Source: Lama guanicoe (lineage: Eukaryota). From it: DNA of 64,000 nt. Below are positions 1-14,134 of this stretch, in pieces; positions within the stretch are counted from its first letter, which is position 1, and each line of letters opens with the position of its first letter. The position numbers were made by a program, and so were the translations under genes. A model generated the notes under the pieces. That model saw only the letters and a list, made by a program, of their open reading frames with translations. It did no database searches and had not been told where the DNA came from. Where the stretch lies: NCBI GenBank assembly GCA_013239625.1, contig MU054541.1, positions 6,119,530-6,183,529 of the forward strand, written 5' to 3'.

Positions 1-844
1 TCCTTCTAAAACCAGACCATAACCATGTTGCCCTGTTTTCCCCTCTGTCTTAAGCAGAGGCCAGAGGTAACGGGATGTGATTATGTGCATCTGTTATTTT
101 CCGTGTGGTGAGAGGAGCTTGAGTTGCTCTCAGCTTCCATCTCTTGTCACGGAGACCTGTCCTTCTCTCACCGCCCTTCATAGCCTCGCGTGTTGGCTGT
201 CCTGTCTACTGGCTGCAGGAAAACTGGATAATGGAGCAGGTCAGACGGGAGTGAGTGCAGCAGCCCCAGAATGAATGCCGTGGGAGTGGAGGCGTGGCTG
301 ACGTCCTGGGGCTGTTGAACATCTGTTTCTGGTGCTCACGGGCTTTCTTCTGGATACAAGAGGGCTGAGGTCCCTGGGGAAAGAGGCGCCTGCTAGTTTC
401 AGGACTGTGCAAAACCTAGGTGAGCCCTGTGGATGTGGATAACCTACTAGTTTGTCTCCCCAAATGGAATGTGAATCCACCTTGATTCGGACATTAATAG
501 AACTCATGAAATCCTCCAGTAGCCTTATCTCAGGAGCATCGGGTTTTCCTCATCTGCACAAGACTGGCCACGCACTGATACTTGTGGAGGTTGGGTTTGT
601 TGTGTTAATGTTCTAAGACAGGAGGTGGTGTGATATTATGTGATGCTCTGTTATGCTAGTCCTTTTCCATTTGCATGTTTTTGAAATTTTCCCTTAAAAA
701 GCATTTGTAAAAAGACAACGCTGCATATATAGTGTGATTGGTCTTCAGACAAACCTCAAAGTGTAGAGTTTTTCAGGGGAACATCGTCATTGTCTCAAAT
801 GGTGCTAGTAACATGGTGATGTGAGCCAAGTACTTCATATTTTC

Positions 845-1230
845 GCTCATTCACTTAACAGATAGTTATTAATTTGTTTTGTGCCTGACAGCGTTCTAGG
901 CACTGGGACCATAACAGGGAACCAGATAGAAGAAAGCCCCTATTTCCGTGGGTCTTAAAACTGTTAGATCCAGGGGAGAAGGTGTGCAGATAAGTAAGCA
1001 AGTAAATACACGAGATGGTTTAAAATGGTGAAAGGTGCCAGGAGGAAAGTGAGCAGAGTAGTGACGGGGCCGAGCGGATGAGGTGGTGCAGGAGGCAGTG
1101 GGGCTAATATGGAGAGTTGAAGGCTTCCCCCGAGGGGAGCCAGCCGTGTGGAGGGCAGCCCGGACAGAGGGAGCCCGTGCCCTGGGATGGAATGCCTTCG
1201 TCTCTGAGAGATGCCGCTCACCTTCAGGGA
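845..1230 (-). mobile_element. L2 LINE 3' fragment
   Basis: tcattcacttaacagatagttatt...gtgcctgacagcgttctaggcactggg. Confidence 0.6.
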
Positions 1231-1551
1231 GGCAGACCCTGGAAACCTGCCACCCAGCCAGTTCGTCTGACACACATGCCCAGTGACACCCAGATTTGGA
1301 AGTTAGCCTCCCTCCTCAATACCTGCTTCTCTAAGAGCTGTCGAGTAATCCAGTAAATAAACCTGTAAACACATCCTTATTAAGAGGACTTTTGAATTAG
1401 TGGTTAACCAAAATAAAACAGTCACTTTTCTGCAGTAGTAAAATAAATGCTCGCCATTATTTGTATAAAAATAGGCTGCCTTTCCAGGATGACTGTCATA
1501 AAGGACCTTGTGGGACATCTGTGTTCTTTCAGTATGTAGTTCTGAGGTTGT

Positions 1552-1713
1552 NNNNNNNNNNNNNNNNNNNNNNNNNNNNNNNNNNNNNNNNNNNNNNNNN
1601 NNNNNNNNNNNNNNNNNNNNNNNNNNNNNNNNNNNNNNNNNNNNNNNNNNNNNNNNNNNNNNNNNNNNNNNNNNNNNNNNNNNNNNNNNNNNNNNNNNNN
1701 NNNNNNNNNNNNN
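1552..1713. other. N-run, 162 nt
   Basis: Direct. Confidence 0.99.
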
Positions 1714-3384
1714 TTTAAAATCGATCCATGGATCCTGTCTTGAATGCTTTTAGATACATGTGGGCTTTGGAATCAAACTGTTCCCAGTTTGCTGTCCACA
1801 ATGAAGGTTAAATTGTAATTTGCCTGCCTTTGTGATTTGACTCAGTGTGACTCTGAAACTTACTGGTTCTGCACAGATGTCTTACAGCGCATGTGGGTTG
1901 CTGAGTTAGGGATGCCTTGATCCCACAGCCCTCAAGGTGGTGGGTCCTGCAGGCTCTCAAAGTCCACAAGCATCTGGCATCAGCAACAGCGGCTGTTTCT
2001 ATGGCAGATGGAAAGAAAGAGATTATAGGTAAAATAAATGGTGGAAAAGGGGAGAATTCCATCACTGAACATGGCAGAGTCAGGAATGGAACCCCAGCCA
2101 TCTGGTTTCTGCATCTCTGCTCTTAGCCACCATGCTGGATCGGCTCTGATAAAAGGCTGTTATCTGTCTCTGCTATGCAGCTAATACCCCTGCTTTCGTG
2201 AAGCTTTGCATACAGCATGATGTCTGGTTCTGACTCCCTAATGTAGAAAATGTAAATGTTGTTTATGCAATGACAGGCATGCTGTCATACGTATATGCTA
2301 CCCAGGTAGGAACTGTCTCGTAAGTAGAAAATTAAGCTTGGAAATAGGAGTAAAACCAGGTAGTTAAATGTATGTTCTTTCCAAATAATATATTAATTGG
2401 GGTCCAGTCTAGCAGTAGCAGATAGACTGAGAATTAGCCTGAGAATGGCCTCACAGAGGTGCTGAATTCTTGATTTTAAACCGAGAATTGGTGCTTAGTG
2501 CTGCATTTTTTTTTTGAAAGCTTCGCTGCATGATACTTTTGAAGATACAGCAAGAAAATTGCACAAGAGCCATGTTTTCTCTGCTCAGTTTTGTTTTGGT
2601 TAATCTAGTGTGAGTTCTTGCCAGGCTCGCCCAATTGGGAATTGCAGCCATAGCAATGAGGGTCTGGAGCTCCATGAAGTGGCTGCGAAAACCCTCCACG
2701 GAGACAGCCCCGGGCTTCTCGGAGGCCTGCAGCCCACAGCTGTAGTTGGCTGTGTTTTCTTATTCAGGAGGAACAGATCAGGTATTTTCCTTGACAATAT
2801 AGGGGGGAAAAAAAGGCAGGGAAGCTTTTATCAGTGGCTAGTAATTACATAAAATGATGCCGCATAACTTGTGAAACTTTCCAATAGCTTTGTGGACCCA
2901 TTTTAATTCTGGAAATGTATATAGACCGAAGGTACATGACTGTGTTGGATTAATAGTTACTGTGGATTATGTTCGTGTATTCGCCTCAAGTTTTGCATTT
3001 TATTGTAGCAATCTTTTTAAATTAAGAAGTTGATTACATAGAAATGAAAATTTCCTCCAAAACATCTACTTGGCTTCTGGGCAGCAGTGTTTAAAAAAAA
3101 AAAAACTTTCAGAAGGATCATTTCTTTTTCCTTTTAAATTCCAGTCTATCAAGGATGGATAGTTTTATAAATATAGGAGGAGGGTGGCATTTTACCTCTA
3201 AAGGAAGGCTAGACTGGCCAGTACCGTGGAGGAAGTCCTTATCTCTTCTAAAACCAGTAACAAACTGGCCTGCCACCATTTGTCACGTGGATTGCCAGCC
3301 ACCAACCCTCAGACTGCACTGTGAGGAGCGAGGGGCTAGATATTTCCAGATTTCATCCAGATAGTAACTTATAAAGGAAAAAAA

Positions 3385-3515
3385 ATCTGTTTCTCTGCTG
3401 TACTTTCAATACTTTTGGCCACCAAATGTGCAGGGGTTTTCCCACACCAACAACTTCTCCAATTCTCTGCGGGTACTAGCTTGGATTTAGTTCAATCCAC
3501 ACACTGTCTGCCTGC
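3385..3515 (-). mobile_element. MER21-like LTR fragment
   Basis: Similar to 14720-14820 (caccaaatgtgcaggggttttcccacaccaacaacttctccaattctc). Confidence 0.6.
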
Positions 3516-6221
3516 CTTCTCCTAGTCTGTCATCCCCTTTCTGACTTTACTTCCTTCTCAACCCAACCTGTGTCCTTTTGGGTCTTCCCCTTGAATCATA
3601 GCAGCCTCTGTCCGACCACAGGGATTTGAGTTCTTGGAAAGCACCACAGTTAGGAAAATTCATAGGTTGCAAGATCAAAGTCTTCTAGGAAATAGAGGGT
3701 TGGGCGAAAACAATTGAAAAATGACATTAAACATATCTTAAGTTAAACCCAGTAGATTTTGGAAGACATATTCTTCCAAGTAAACCAGATACATTGGTGT
3801 TAAACATCTGCTCTGATCTGTAAATTTCCTTTATATGAATCCGCATCATCAGTGTTCAGAAGATTTTGCTGTAGCTTCCTATAAGCTCTGTAATCTGCTG
3901 ATTCTAAAACTTTTTTTAAGGTTTTCAAACCAGCCTTTGTCATGGAATTTAATGTTTTTGGCATTTACATTCTTGTGGCTGATTTCAAAGGCTCTTCAAA
4001 ATGTATATGTAACCCCATCTGCTTTTTATAACTCATAGAAGTGCTTGTTATATGTTTTAAATATATGAATATGTTACTTTGTCAGTACACAAGTGTATAA
4101 ACTTACCTTCAAACTATGGTTAATAAATCATGGTTGAAGATGAACCTTTTTACCCATCTATCCAACAAAATCCTAAACCCCGTGTCATCCTATGTCCCGC
4201 TGTCTCTTTCTGTGGACAGACTACTGAGCTCAGTGGCAGAACAGTCCCTCGATTCTCTGGTCCTCAAGTGAATCTGACTGTACTTCAAGATGTGGCCTGA
4301 TATAGGTCCAGCGTATCTTTAAGTCCCATTCCCACGTTGTGTGTGTCTCCTCTCGTCTCATCAAACTGAAACTGCGTTGTCGAACTTAGTTTACCTCTGA
4401 AGCTTTTGAGAGCTTGACCCTTGTTAACATCCCATTGAACTTCTCTGTATGAGATGCTGATGTAGAGAAGCCATTATTTTTAACTAAGACATTGGAAATA
4501 GTCTACATTTTCTGACAGTTGTTGAAGTCTTCACTGCTATTAAATGCAGTCTTTTCCCCCAGTGTTGGGATTATGGGATTGTGGTGGTGATGGAAGAAAA
4601 TCCTCACATCTGTGTTTAGATTATATTTAACTCATGAGTTCTTAGCATGACTTCAGTTCTGTATAAATATGTGGGACCGGGATCATGAAAGTACTATGTG
4701 GCATGGCCCCTTTTCCAAGGGTTTAGGGGTACATGAGATTAAAATACAGAGTTATCAAAAGCTGGAGGACTGTGTGTGTGCCAGTGAGTGTTAGGTGTTT
4801 TGTTGACCACAGGAGTCCTGGGGTACAGAGGAGGTGAAGGCCAAGTTGGTCTCAGACAATTGATGAGGAACTGAGAGAGTGGAGCCTTGAGCTGGGTGTT
4901 GGGTAGTGGGAAAATTTGACTGGGCAGCGGGGGGGAGGCAGAGTAGGAGAAAGGTGTGGAAATCACACAAGTTATGTGGGGAATGCACGCCATGTGGGTG
5001 GCCTTGAAGAGATACATCGACTTGCTTGTCCTGGGACAGGAAGGAACTTTTGATGTTTTGCAAAGTAGAGCTATTGTCAGTATAGAACTGCCCGTCCTTA
5101 TTTCTCCCCAAGCCTATGCCTGTGGGTCAGTTAGATGTGAAGGAATGTTCTTCGTAGTTCATTAGGTGTTTGCTTAGCCAGGAATATTGCCTCTTTGTGT
5201 CAGTGAGCCGCACGGGTATCAGCAGTAGGCTGGATGGACCTAAGAGTTAGACAGAACTCTTTGTTGACAGACTTCGTTGATATAATCAACAAAGGCTGTA
5301 ATTTAAATATATATATATTTAACATTATGTTTCTGATAGATTTTTGTATTATTCATTCTTTTTCATAGATACGTGTATGGAAACTTTTATCCGTACCTTG
5401 CATTAGTTTTTTTTTTATCACATTAAAAAACATGATATCATATTATCACATTAGACCCCCCCCCCCGCCGAAGGATAACATGCTGTATTTGGTCATAGTA
5501 TCAGTATTACTCAGATTGGAAAATTTTCTCCTCACAGCTACCAAAGAATGATAAATAATCTCTGGGAATTGGGAAGGTAAACTGTGGTTCTGAAACAGGA
5601 GGAGTTAGTTGCTTATCACCTAATTCAAACCTCAAGAAAAAATGACCAGTTAATGAAGTACAGTAGTGATATATGAAATGGCGTACTTTTCCTTCTGTCA
5701 TCAGGATCCTTGTTCTAAACTCAATGATGAGGAAATTTGGGGAGCGTCAGCTTCACTTAGTGGTTTGCCTTTTTACCATGCATCCCGGTCTCTTACTTAT
5801 TCTTAAACCATCCTCAGAAACACAGAAGAAGGTAGCAGAATTACACTGGCATTCCCATAGTATGTACTATGTTTCTAAGTGAAAGGGGTACACCTGTAAA
5901 GTACTTAAAATGCTGAAATAGGTTTGGTTTCCTGATAAGAATAAAGAAAACTGTATTGAAATGTCAAGAAGGAAAGGATAGCTCTATTAGGAAAGGACAG
6001 CTAAAGAGGTCAGTATCCTACTGGCTACAAACCAGCACTTGTTCTTTGCTGCTGGGGGTGATGATTGTACAGTTGTGAAGCACAGGAGAGCCCTAGAGAG
6101 ACCCCTGGGATTCCTGTTCGCACGTTCCACCCCCATTCCATTAGCTTAGTCGGTTCATTGTAGCCTAAATGTGAAACATATATTTTATTAATTTGGCCCA
6201 TGCTGTTTCACATGGTTGTCT

Positions 6222-6255
6222 AATTGTAAGCCAAGTCAATTGTAAGCCAAGTCAA
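6222..6255. repeat. 16-bp tandem duplication
   Basis: aattgtaagccaagtc x2. Confidence 0.9.
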
Positions 6256-7823
6256 CCCTGCTATGTAAAGCAGTGATTTAAATGGCTTTTAAAAAATAAA
6301 GCAAGCAAATAAGAGAAGGCTTTGTCAGAAGCGCTGTTCATTATTGTTCTGCTGCTCAGAACAGACGCCTTCTAGAGCAGTTGTCCCACTGCAGGAAGTT
6401 TCCTTGGTAGAAACCTCAAGCTTTATGAGCAGAGCAAAGATCCAAGGTTTTCTTAGAATTAAAAACACTCATGCATTTTTATGATGACATCTATAAATGT
6501 TTCTCTTGTTTTAAAGGATAGACACACACAATGTTGAGACTTGCTTAATAGCAGCCAGAGATACTAGTTTTTCAAGGTAGAGTTTCCCTCTAAAACCTGA
6601 AGGCAAACATCAGATTCCTGTTGTGCCTGTCTGGAGTCATGACATAAGGACTCATTTGCTTTTTAGCTAATTCATGGAATTTCAAGAAGATAATTTTTTA
6701 ACCTTCATCATTATAAGAAATGTCATGATTTTCTTTCCTTAGATTTAAGAGTTAGAGTTCACTCTGCCCAGTAGTGGAATCCATGGAGTTTCTTTCCTTT
6801 CTACTGAGCACTGGGTTTTTATTTGGGGCCCTCAGAGTTCTGTGAGGCATGTTGGACGCAGCGGTGGAGAAAGGGCAGTAGGCTGTTTTTGCCTGTGCCT
6901 CTTGATTTCTGTGCATTCTGCCCTGGAACGTCCATTTTCTTATTCTCATGATTCTGTTCCCCATGAAGAAGGAGTAAAGCCACGGGAAAAATTACCCATT
7001 TCTATTTAACAGTCATTTTATGGTTTCTGAATTGATGATCTGGAGGGTGATTAAGAATAAACACATCAAGAAGGCCAAGGTCCCATGATAAGATCACATA
7101 CCATAAAAATCAGAGTTCAGCTCCTTAATTTTGTATACAACGAAAACATTTACAAAGAAAAATAGCCTAATGGTTTGTTACTTTGAAAACTATTTCCTTT
7201 TCAGGGTTTTTTTGGGGGGGGGTGCAATTTCAGTCATTTTTGAATGCAAAAATGAATGGGGGAAAAATGCAGTGTGATTGGTGATGAAGAAGGATATGAC
7301 TTGCTTTTAAATTTCTCCTCAAGGTTGAAATATGTGAAAATTATCATCTGAACCATGGTTTTTAAATGGGAAAAAAATCCCGTATAAATTAAGAGTATTA
7401 ATTGAAGGAAAATACATGTATGTTAATACTAATTTAAGAAAAATTTAATTATGAAAATTGATTTTAGAGAATTTGATCACATACAGTCTGATTGCAGCAT
7501 CTCTCTTTATTCTTATACTCTTTTGTTGACATTTTTTAGAATCATTAAAAATACCTCTGAGTGGCTGGATACATTCTTTTAAACCAGGAAAGAAACTCAT
7601 GCCCTTTACTATATTTTTGAGCAAATGAAAGAGTTTATCACTTAAGGCAGTGAAATGAATTTGGCTTCTGATCTTTGGGAAGTGGAATATCTTTCAGATC
7701 ATGTTATCAAGATGCTGAGTAACCCTTGTTTTTTCTCTTTCATTGCTTCCTTCCGATGTGTGGCTGCTGTGTTGACAACGCTCTCTACTTCTGCTGCTGA
7801 AAATTATTGTTTCCATCATTAAG

Positions 7824-7836
7824 AAAACCTCCCAAG
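7824..7836 (+). CDS. KIF13A: KIF13A coding microexon (exon 3, 13 nt): (R)KPPK
   Basis: cattaag|AAAACCTCCCAAG|gtaagc; encodes the KPPK that precedes VFAFDY in KIF13A; ends in phase 0, matching exon 4. Confidence 0.9.
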
Positions 7837-10800
7837 GTAAGCACTGATACGGAATTTGGCATGCATGCTGGCCAAGTGTGACACAAAATCCAGAATTTTA
7901 TCCATCATAATAACCCATGTGAAACACCTGTGCTTTTAAGAAGAAAAATTAGCATTCCAGTGTAAAACTTAAACTATGAGCAAGCAGTTAATGTTGGTAA
8001 TGATACAAAAGTTGAATGCTCCTCTACATTTACAAAGCACTTTCATGCATTATTTGATTGTTGAAATTAATGCTTGGGTCCTCAGAACAAATCTGTCTAG
8101 TTACTGTTTCTATTTTATTGATGACAAATTGAGTCTCAGAGAGGAAGTAACGTGTCCCAATTCACTGATTGGATAAGTGGAGGACTATATAATATCACCA
8201 CCTAAAAAACAGAAAAACAAAAATGGTAGTCAGGTGGTAACTGTGGTTTTTGACTGGACCAACCATCTTTTCCTGGGTCCCATGAAGAATGCTTGATATC
8301 ACCAGAAGAATTCTCCAAACTTTTAGAGTTCCAGACATCTAGCAGCTTTATGTGTTATTGGAGTTTCTAGCCAATCACAAAGTCCACTAATTAGAGCTAT
8401 GCCCCTTGCTCTGGCCAGCCTTCGATGGCCTGTGTGCCAGTGAGAAGCCCAAAAGTTAGAGGGTAGATAGGGAAAAAAAAAAAGAATAAGAGAAGCAGGA
8501 GATCTGAATGACCAACTCCTGAATAACTGAAGGCTGGTTTTATTACCAGTGAGTATGTTACTGGGTATAAAGGACACTTAGTGCCAAAAGGCAGGAGAAA
8601 TACCACTAATGCCTGACCAGTGGTGCTGGTTATGGCTTTGGGTTTTGAGATGGGATCAAGGCAGACTATACCTACACACATTATGTGGTCAGAATATAAG
8701 ACGTGGGGTAAGGGGAGGGAATCCAGAATAGATTAGGCTTACTTACCTCTGGGGTTATGATGGAGAATCTACGTAAGCTTTTGGAATATTGAAACCTGCT
8801 AAAATTTTGCATGTTATCCTTTATGTTTACTGAAGGCAATATAGGAATTGTCCGTGGCACTAAGAGTTGCAACTCCAGTAAGGAGGGCATACACTGAACA
8901 AATAACATGAACTCTTTTTTAAAAAGAGGAAATACATGATGCTGAGAAGTAAAAGTGCTGGCTTCCTGGCCACATCTGGGGGACTAGAAGGTTCTCTCCG
9001 AGCAGTTATCGATGGGGATATATCCCACGAATTGGCAAACAGAACTGTCTTTGCTACCCAGAAAGATGTGAGCTCCCCTTAAGTAGCTCTTCCTTCCCTT
9101 GCTGTTGGTCCCTAGAGGTTTCTAAACAGTCTTGTGATGTATTTAATTCTTCCCTACAGAAAAAGGCAGTGAAGTCCTGAGCTATTCCACGTATGATTAC
9201 TTAGTGAAGGAGAAGTGCTGGAATGAAAAAGAGGCACAAAAATACATTTTAAAAAGTTATTAATTGCTTTATACACAGAAAATGTTCTGGTTTCTTTCTA
9301 TCCAGTATATACATTAGTGGTTTTACTAGATGTCCTCTTGATAGTTCCTAAGAAGTGTCAAAAATTTTCAAAATAAAGTAAATGTGCCATAAGGCACATC
9401 TGGAAGGTGTAAAGATCATCTTGAAATTAAATAAATGACATAGTAGAGTCAAATTTTAAAAACCACTAAGAAGATAAGGTCTTTTCTTGCAGATATGGTA
9501 AATATTGAAAGCAAATGGGAAAGGAAAAGATATTTTTAATGATGATTATATAAGCATGAAATTTTATTGATTTAAAAGGATGGAATTTTGACATGAATAA
9601 TTAGCAAAAGCATCAGAGAAGACAGGTTGGTTCAATTTAACAAATATTCTGGGAGGGGGATAAGTGTTGCATGAATCAGACCCGATCCTAGCATTCTAAT
9701 GGGTGGGCGTAGGAACATATGCACAGTGTAATATAAAATCAGTTGTGTTAAAGGCCACAAGAGGAAAATATTTGTGGAAATCATAGGATGAAGAGTCCTA
9801 TTCTGACTTCTGCAGAATGAAGGATAGCTAGGATTGGACAAAATATTAAAAACCTATGCTCAAAGACACTGGAGAAATACCAACTTAGGAATTACTAGAC
9901 CAAAAGCTAAGAGGAGGTGAAAATGTAGAGAGGCGAGGTGTCTGGGTGTTTGCCATTCAGACAAATGCAGCTTAATGGCAGAGCAGTGTTTCTGGCAGCC
10001 TTGTCAGGTCTGGGGACCCTAGGGAGACAAAAGTGTTGGAGTTCAGGGTCTTTCAGAGGTGGAGTCCTTGATAAACTTCTTATGCTTTGGGTTGGCAAAG
10101 TGGATTGCAACCTAGCCTTGGGTGGGTATAAGGGTGAAACAGAAAGAAATCAGTCCTCACGTGGATTGCTGTGTGATTGCAAGTTCTTTGTGTGGTCCAA
10201 GAAGTCTCAATCATTAAAATTAGATCAAAGTGATGCTAGAATGCAGGTCCCCAGAAGGACCCTCCCGAAGTTTAGCAGAAAGAAGTTTCAAGTCTAGCTA
10301 AATTATGTGTGTTCCCTCTACTGATGGACAGAGCCACTTTGCTAGAGTCTGAGCCAGGGACCACTCTGCTGTGAGAGTGGCACTCTTCTTCTGTTTTCAA
10401 GAAGACCCAAGTGCTTGGCTGGGTCGTGGTCTCGGTGCTCCTCTCTGGCCTGACCCCAAAGAGGAAATGCCCGCTGGATCATACAGATCTCACCACCAAC
10501 TTGGGTTCTCTTGTCAGTAATTTGTGTTTTCCTAAGGAATATTTTTTCATGTAGTCTGTGTTTGGGCAGTTACTGAAATTACATCTAATTTCATGACGAT
10601 GGTAAATAATAATCACCCACCTGCAATATTTACTGTTTCTGTGATGTGTAAGGATTTTGTGCATTTCACTAACAGATATTCTAAAGTAGGAGTGCTGATT
10701 AGGAGATGGGAGGGGCTGTCATTTTGAATATTTGGTTGAGTTATCACTATTCCAACTGTTACGCAGGAAAAAGTCTCACATTCTTTATATCTATCCTTAG

Positions 10801-10949
10801 AACCATACACTTAGAATGCTGCTTTCATTGCTGCTATTAATAATAGCTATCTTTATTTTAGCACTTACAGTATGCCAGATCTACTTTAAATCCTAATTGA
10901 GATTCAATGCAAATTTGGGTCCCTTCTGCTAGATGAGGGGTGGGGGGAG

Positions 10950-11300
10950 CCAGTAGTTGCCAGGAGGAGTGGGAGAAGAGGAGAGATGAATAAATGGGTG
11001 AAGCACAGGATTTTTAGGACAGTGAAACTATTCTGTATAATACTGTAAGGGAGAATATATGACATTATGCATTTATCAAAACTCATAGGACTGTAGGGGG
11101 AGAGTATCGCTCAAGTGGTAGGGCACATGCTTCGTGTGCATGAGGTTCAGGGTTCAGTCCTCAATACAAATTGCACTTCTCTGTACTAGTGTGAACAGTT
11201 AGAAAATAAAAATTAACAACAACCCAATAATGTACAGTACCTTCAAAAACATTAAATATTTAGGGATATGCTTAGTGAAAAATGCACAAGACCTTTTTAT
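10950..11300 (+). mobile_element. Old L1M fragments flanking the truncated SINE
   Basis: L1MC-like 3'UTR (gatttttaggacagtgaaactattctgtataatactg...) and an ORF2-like piece (aaatatttagggatatgcttagtgaaaaatgcacaagacc). Confidence 0.6.
11095..11168 (+). mobile_element. tRNA-derived SINE head, 3'-truncated
   Basis: gggggagagtatcgctcaagtggtagggcacatgctt...gggttcagtcctcaatac; no tail. Confidence 0.75.
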
Positions 11301-13865
11301 TAACATCCCACATAGATTTGGTCATTGGGTTGTAGACATTCTAAGAGATGGAGAAATGAGTGTCAGCTGTATTCAGAGAATGACAAAGCATAGAGTTGGA
11401 CTACTCAGTCATGAAGGGGGTTCCTGGGTGGCATGTCTAGAAAGAGGTTGAAACCAAGTCCGGCTGTAGAAGGCTTTGATGCCAGGGTTGGACCTTGATA
11501 CATTCAGTGTCTATTGCCTGTTAAACAGTCGCCTTAGGCTCTGCTCCCTTTTGGAAGGTTAATCTGAAAACAGCATAAAACGAGTTGGGTTTGGTCAGTG
11601 GATGGCCTGGGGATGGTATTCAATAAAATGTGCCAGAAAACAGGTAATGAGGGTCTGCCTTGGAGCGTTGCCATGAGACTGGAGAAGAGGAAAGGAAGAA
11701 TTATCAAAACATTGCCGAAATAAAGTATCCAGGACTCAGATGCTGATAGCATGTGGAAGAAGACAGTACAGCAAGAAGAGTGAGAGATGAACCTGGACTT
11801 TGCGACTGAGTGGCTGAAAATTCAGCAGGAACAAAAGAAGGAACTGGTTTGGTACAGGCAGCAGTTAATGGGTTCAGCTTTAGAGTGGGTAGCATTGGAG
11901 ACGGTGGCAAAGCACCTGACGTAGATGCCAAGCAGGTCGTACGAGGTTTGCAGTCGGCCTTGGAAAGGTCAGGCAAATTCTTGTGGAAAGGAGATAGGAG
12001 ATAAAGAAAGAAGGATCTGTTATGTTGTCAAGGAAGAAGGAATGAAGTGGAAAAGAAATCATGAGAGAATAGAGGCCAGCACCTTGGGACCCAGCCTGCT
12101 CTGGGAAATGGAAAGAGGGGGAAGAGTCAGTGGAAACTCAGAAGAGAAACCAGGCACTCGTGTGATGCTGCTGCTGGTGATGGCATGGAGGACACATGCA
12201 CTTGTTCTGACTGAACTGAGTTTCCTTTGTTTTTAAATGTTGTTTTTTTTCTAGTGTTGTATTAGGGCAAGGAAATGATATTCTTCTGGTTGACATTTAA
12301 AAGTGAGACTGAACATTTTTTGTATTGCATGTGTATGTAGTATGTGAAGATGGAAAGGGAAATTTACACAAATGTATGCTTGTGTAAATTGTTTCATACT
12401 ATGTATTTGGGCTTTTTCTCTTTGGTGTTACATTTTATAAACTTGGACTCCGGAGCAGAGAAGCATTTATATCAGTATGGGCCAAGTGCATACCTTTTAA
12501 TCCTTTCATCAGTAGCGTATTATGCAATGTTTATTGAAGTGTTTTCTATTTCCCTTAAAAAGAAAAGTAAACTTCTTGACGAACATGGAGACACCTACTT
12601 TATGCCTCCTCGTTAGTTTAAAACAAAGAGCCTTTGTCTCCTAATTTTCGGAGTTGACGTGAGTGTGTTTTTCCTTATCAGTGTGACTGTGGTTTTGAGC
12701 CCAAGGTTTTGTCTTAGAGGTACTGCAGACAGAAGTAGAGGGGAGAATTGTTTAGCCACCTTCTCACGAACGCTGGAGTTTGGCAGAGGTGGTACAGAGG
12801 CAGAAGACACGTGTGTGTGAAGGTCTCTAATTATGCACTATGCACGCCCTGTTGATGGAAAATAGGAAAATGTCCCAGTAGCTTTGGCTTCAGAAGCCCA
12901 GTTCTGGGTTTCCCTGTTGACCCTCAGAACGTCTGGCACGTTCTTGGACCCTTCACTTTTCATACTTTTGTCATATTGGGCACAAATATCTTACCTTCCT
13001 AGGGAGCCACCGTGAAACATGCAGAGAAAAACACATGACTTCTTCCTTCTTTTTCTGTTTTCTTTTTCATCCCTCAGTATTTACTTGAGCACCTTCCGTG
13101 TGTCAAGTGAGCACTTTGGAGCTGCAAGAAATTTCTGAACTCAGACCATTGAGATCCTCTTATTTAAGACCAAGGAGACTGAGGCTTAAGGAATGAATTG
13201 GTGGAGAGACCACCCACTGGCTCCAGTTCCAGGCCTTCTGGGCGCCTCTACTCTCTGTTACCCCACATGTTTGTAAAGTGGTTTTTCTATTTGTTGGTTT
13301 TATGGAGTAGAGAAAGCGGGAAAGAGTGAAAAGGAAGAGTTTGGGGAAATTTTTAATATCTGCAAGACGACTTTGTTTAGGATCATATTCTTTTCTTACT
13401 CAATTTGCTCATTTTTAAAGTCATGATCATCATTTTAATACCTCCGCGAGCTAGCGTAAGATTCATGTGAACAATTTGATCTTGTTAATTAAACTCACTT
13501 TAAATGTTATTTTATTTGCAAGCATTGTTAGAAACTATTTAACTTCAAAGTGTTTAATCCTTCTGGTAGTGACATAAGTTTGCTGGCAAAATCATGAGCA
13601 GTAGAAGCTGACATGGTAACAAAATAAAATGATTACTTTTTGAAAGCAGTATCCTTTAAAGGGTCCTACTACTGTACCGAAAACCTGACTTTACAAAAAT
13701 TGCTCAGAAGAAAGGAGGCGGGAATCTCACTATGAACAGCTTAAGCCATCGGGAGTGCAATCTCATTCAGACTTGTTTTACAACCTGGACCACCATCATT
13801 TTAATCGTTCCCTTTGTGGATTTCTGAAAACTAAGTGTGGGCCCCAAATGAGATGAGTTCTAGAC

Positions 13866-14134
13866 CTGTGCCGTCCAGTACAGTAGACCCACAGCCACAT
13901 GTGGCTTTTGAGCCCATGACACGTGGCTGCTCAGAACTGAGATGTTTTGTCAGTGTAAAATACACAACAGACATCGAAGACTTTAGGGAGAAGAAAAAAA
14001 TAAGATAAATATTTTGGATATATTAGATTAGATGAAAATATTATTAAAAAATTTTTAATCTCTTTTTAATGTGTCCACAGGGACAACTTCAATTACATAG
14101 GTAGCTTGGATCATAGTTCTCTTGGACAGCGCTG
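13866..14134. mobile_element. hAT-Charlie MITE, MER3/MER33-type
   Basis: TIR-like ctgtgccgtccagta ... ttggacagcgctg; internal agccacatgtggct and gtgtaaaatacac. Confidence 0.75.

Noticed and set aside
1461-1753. ORFs spanning N-runs (also near 21.9, 43.8 and 58.8 kb)
   Set aside because: Artefacts of X translation
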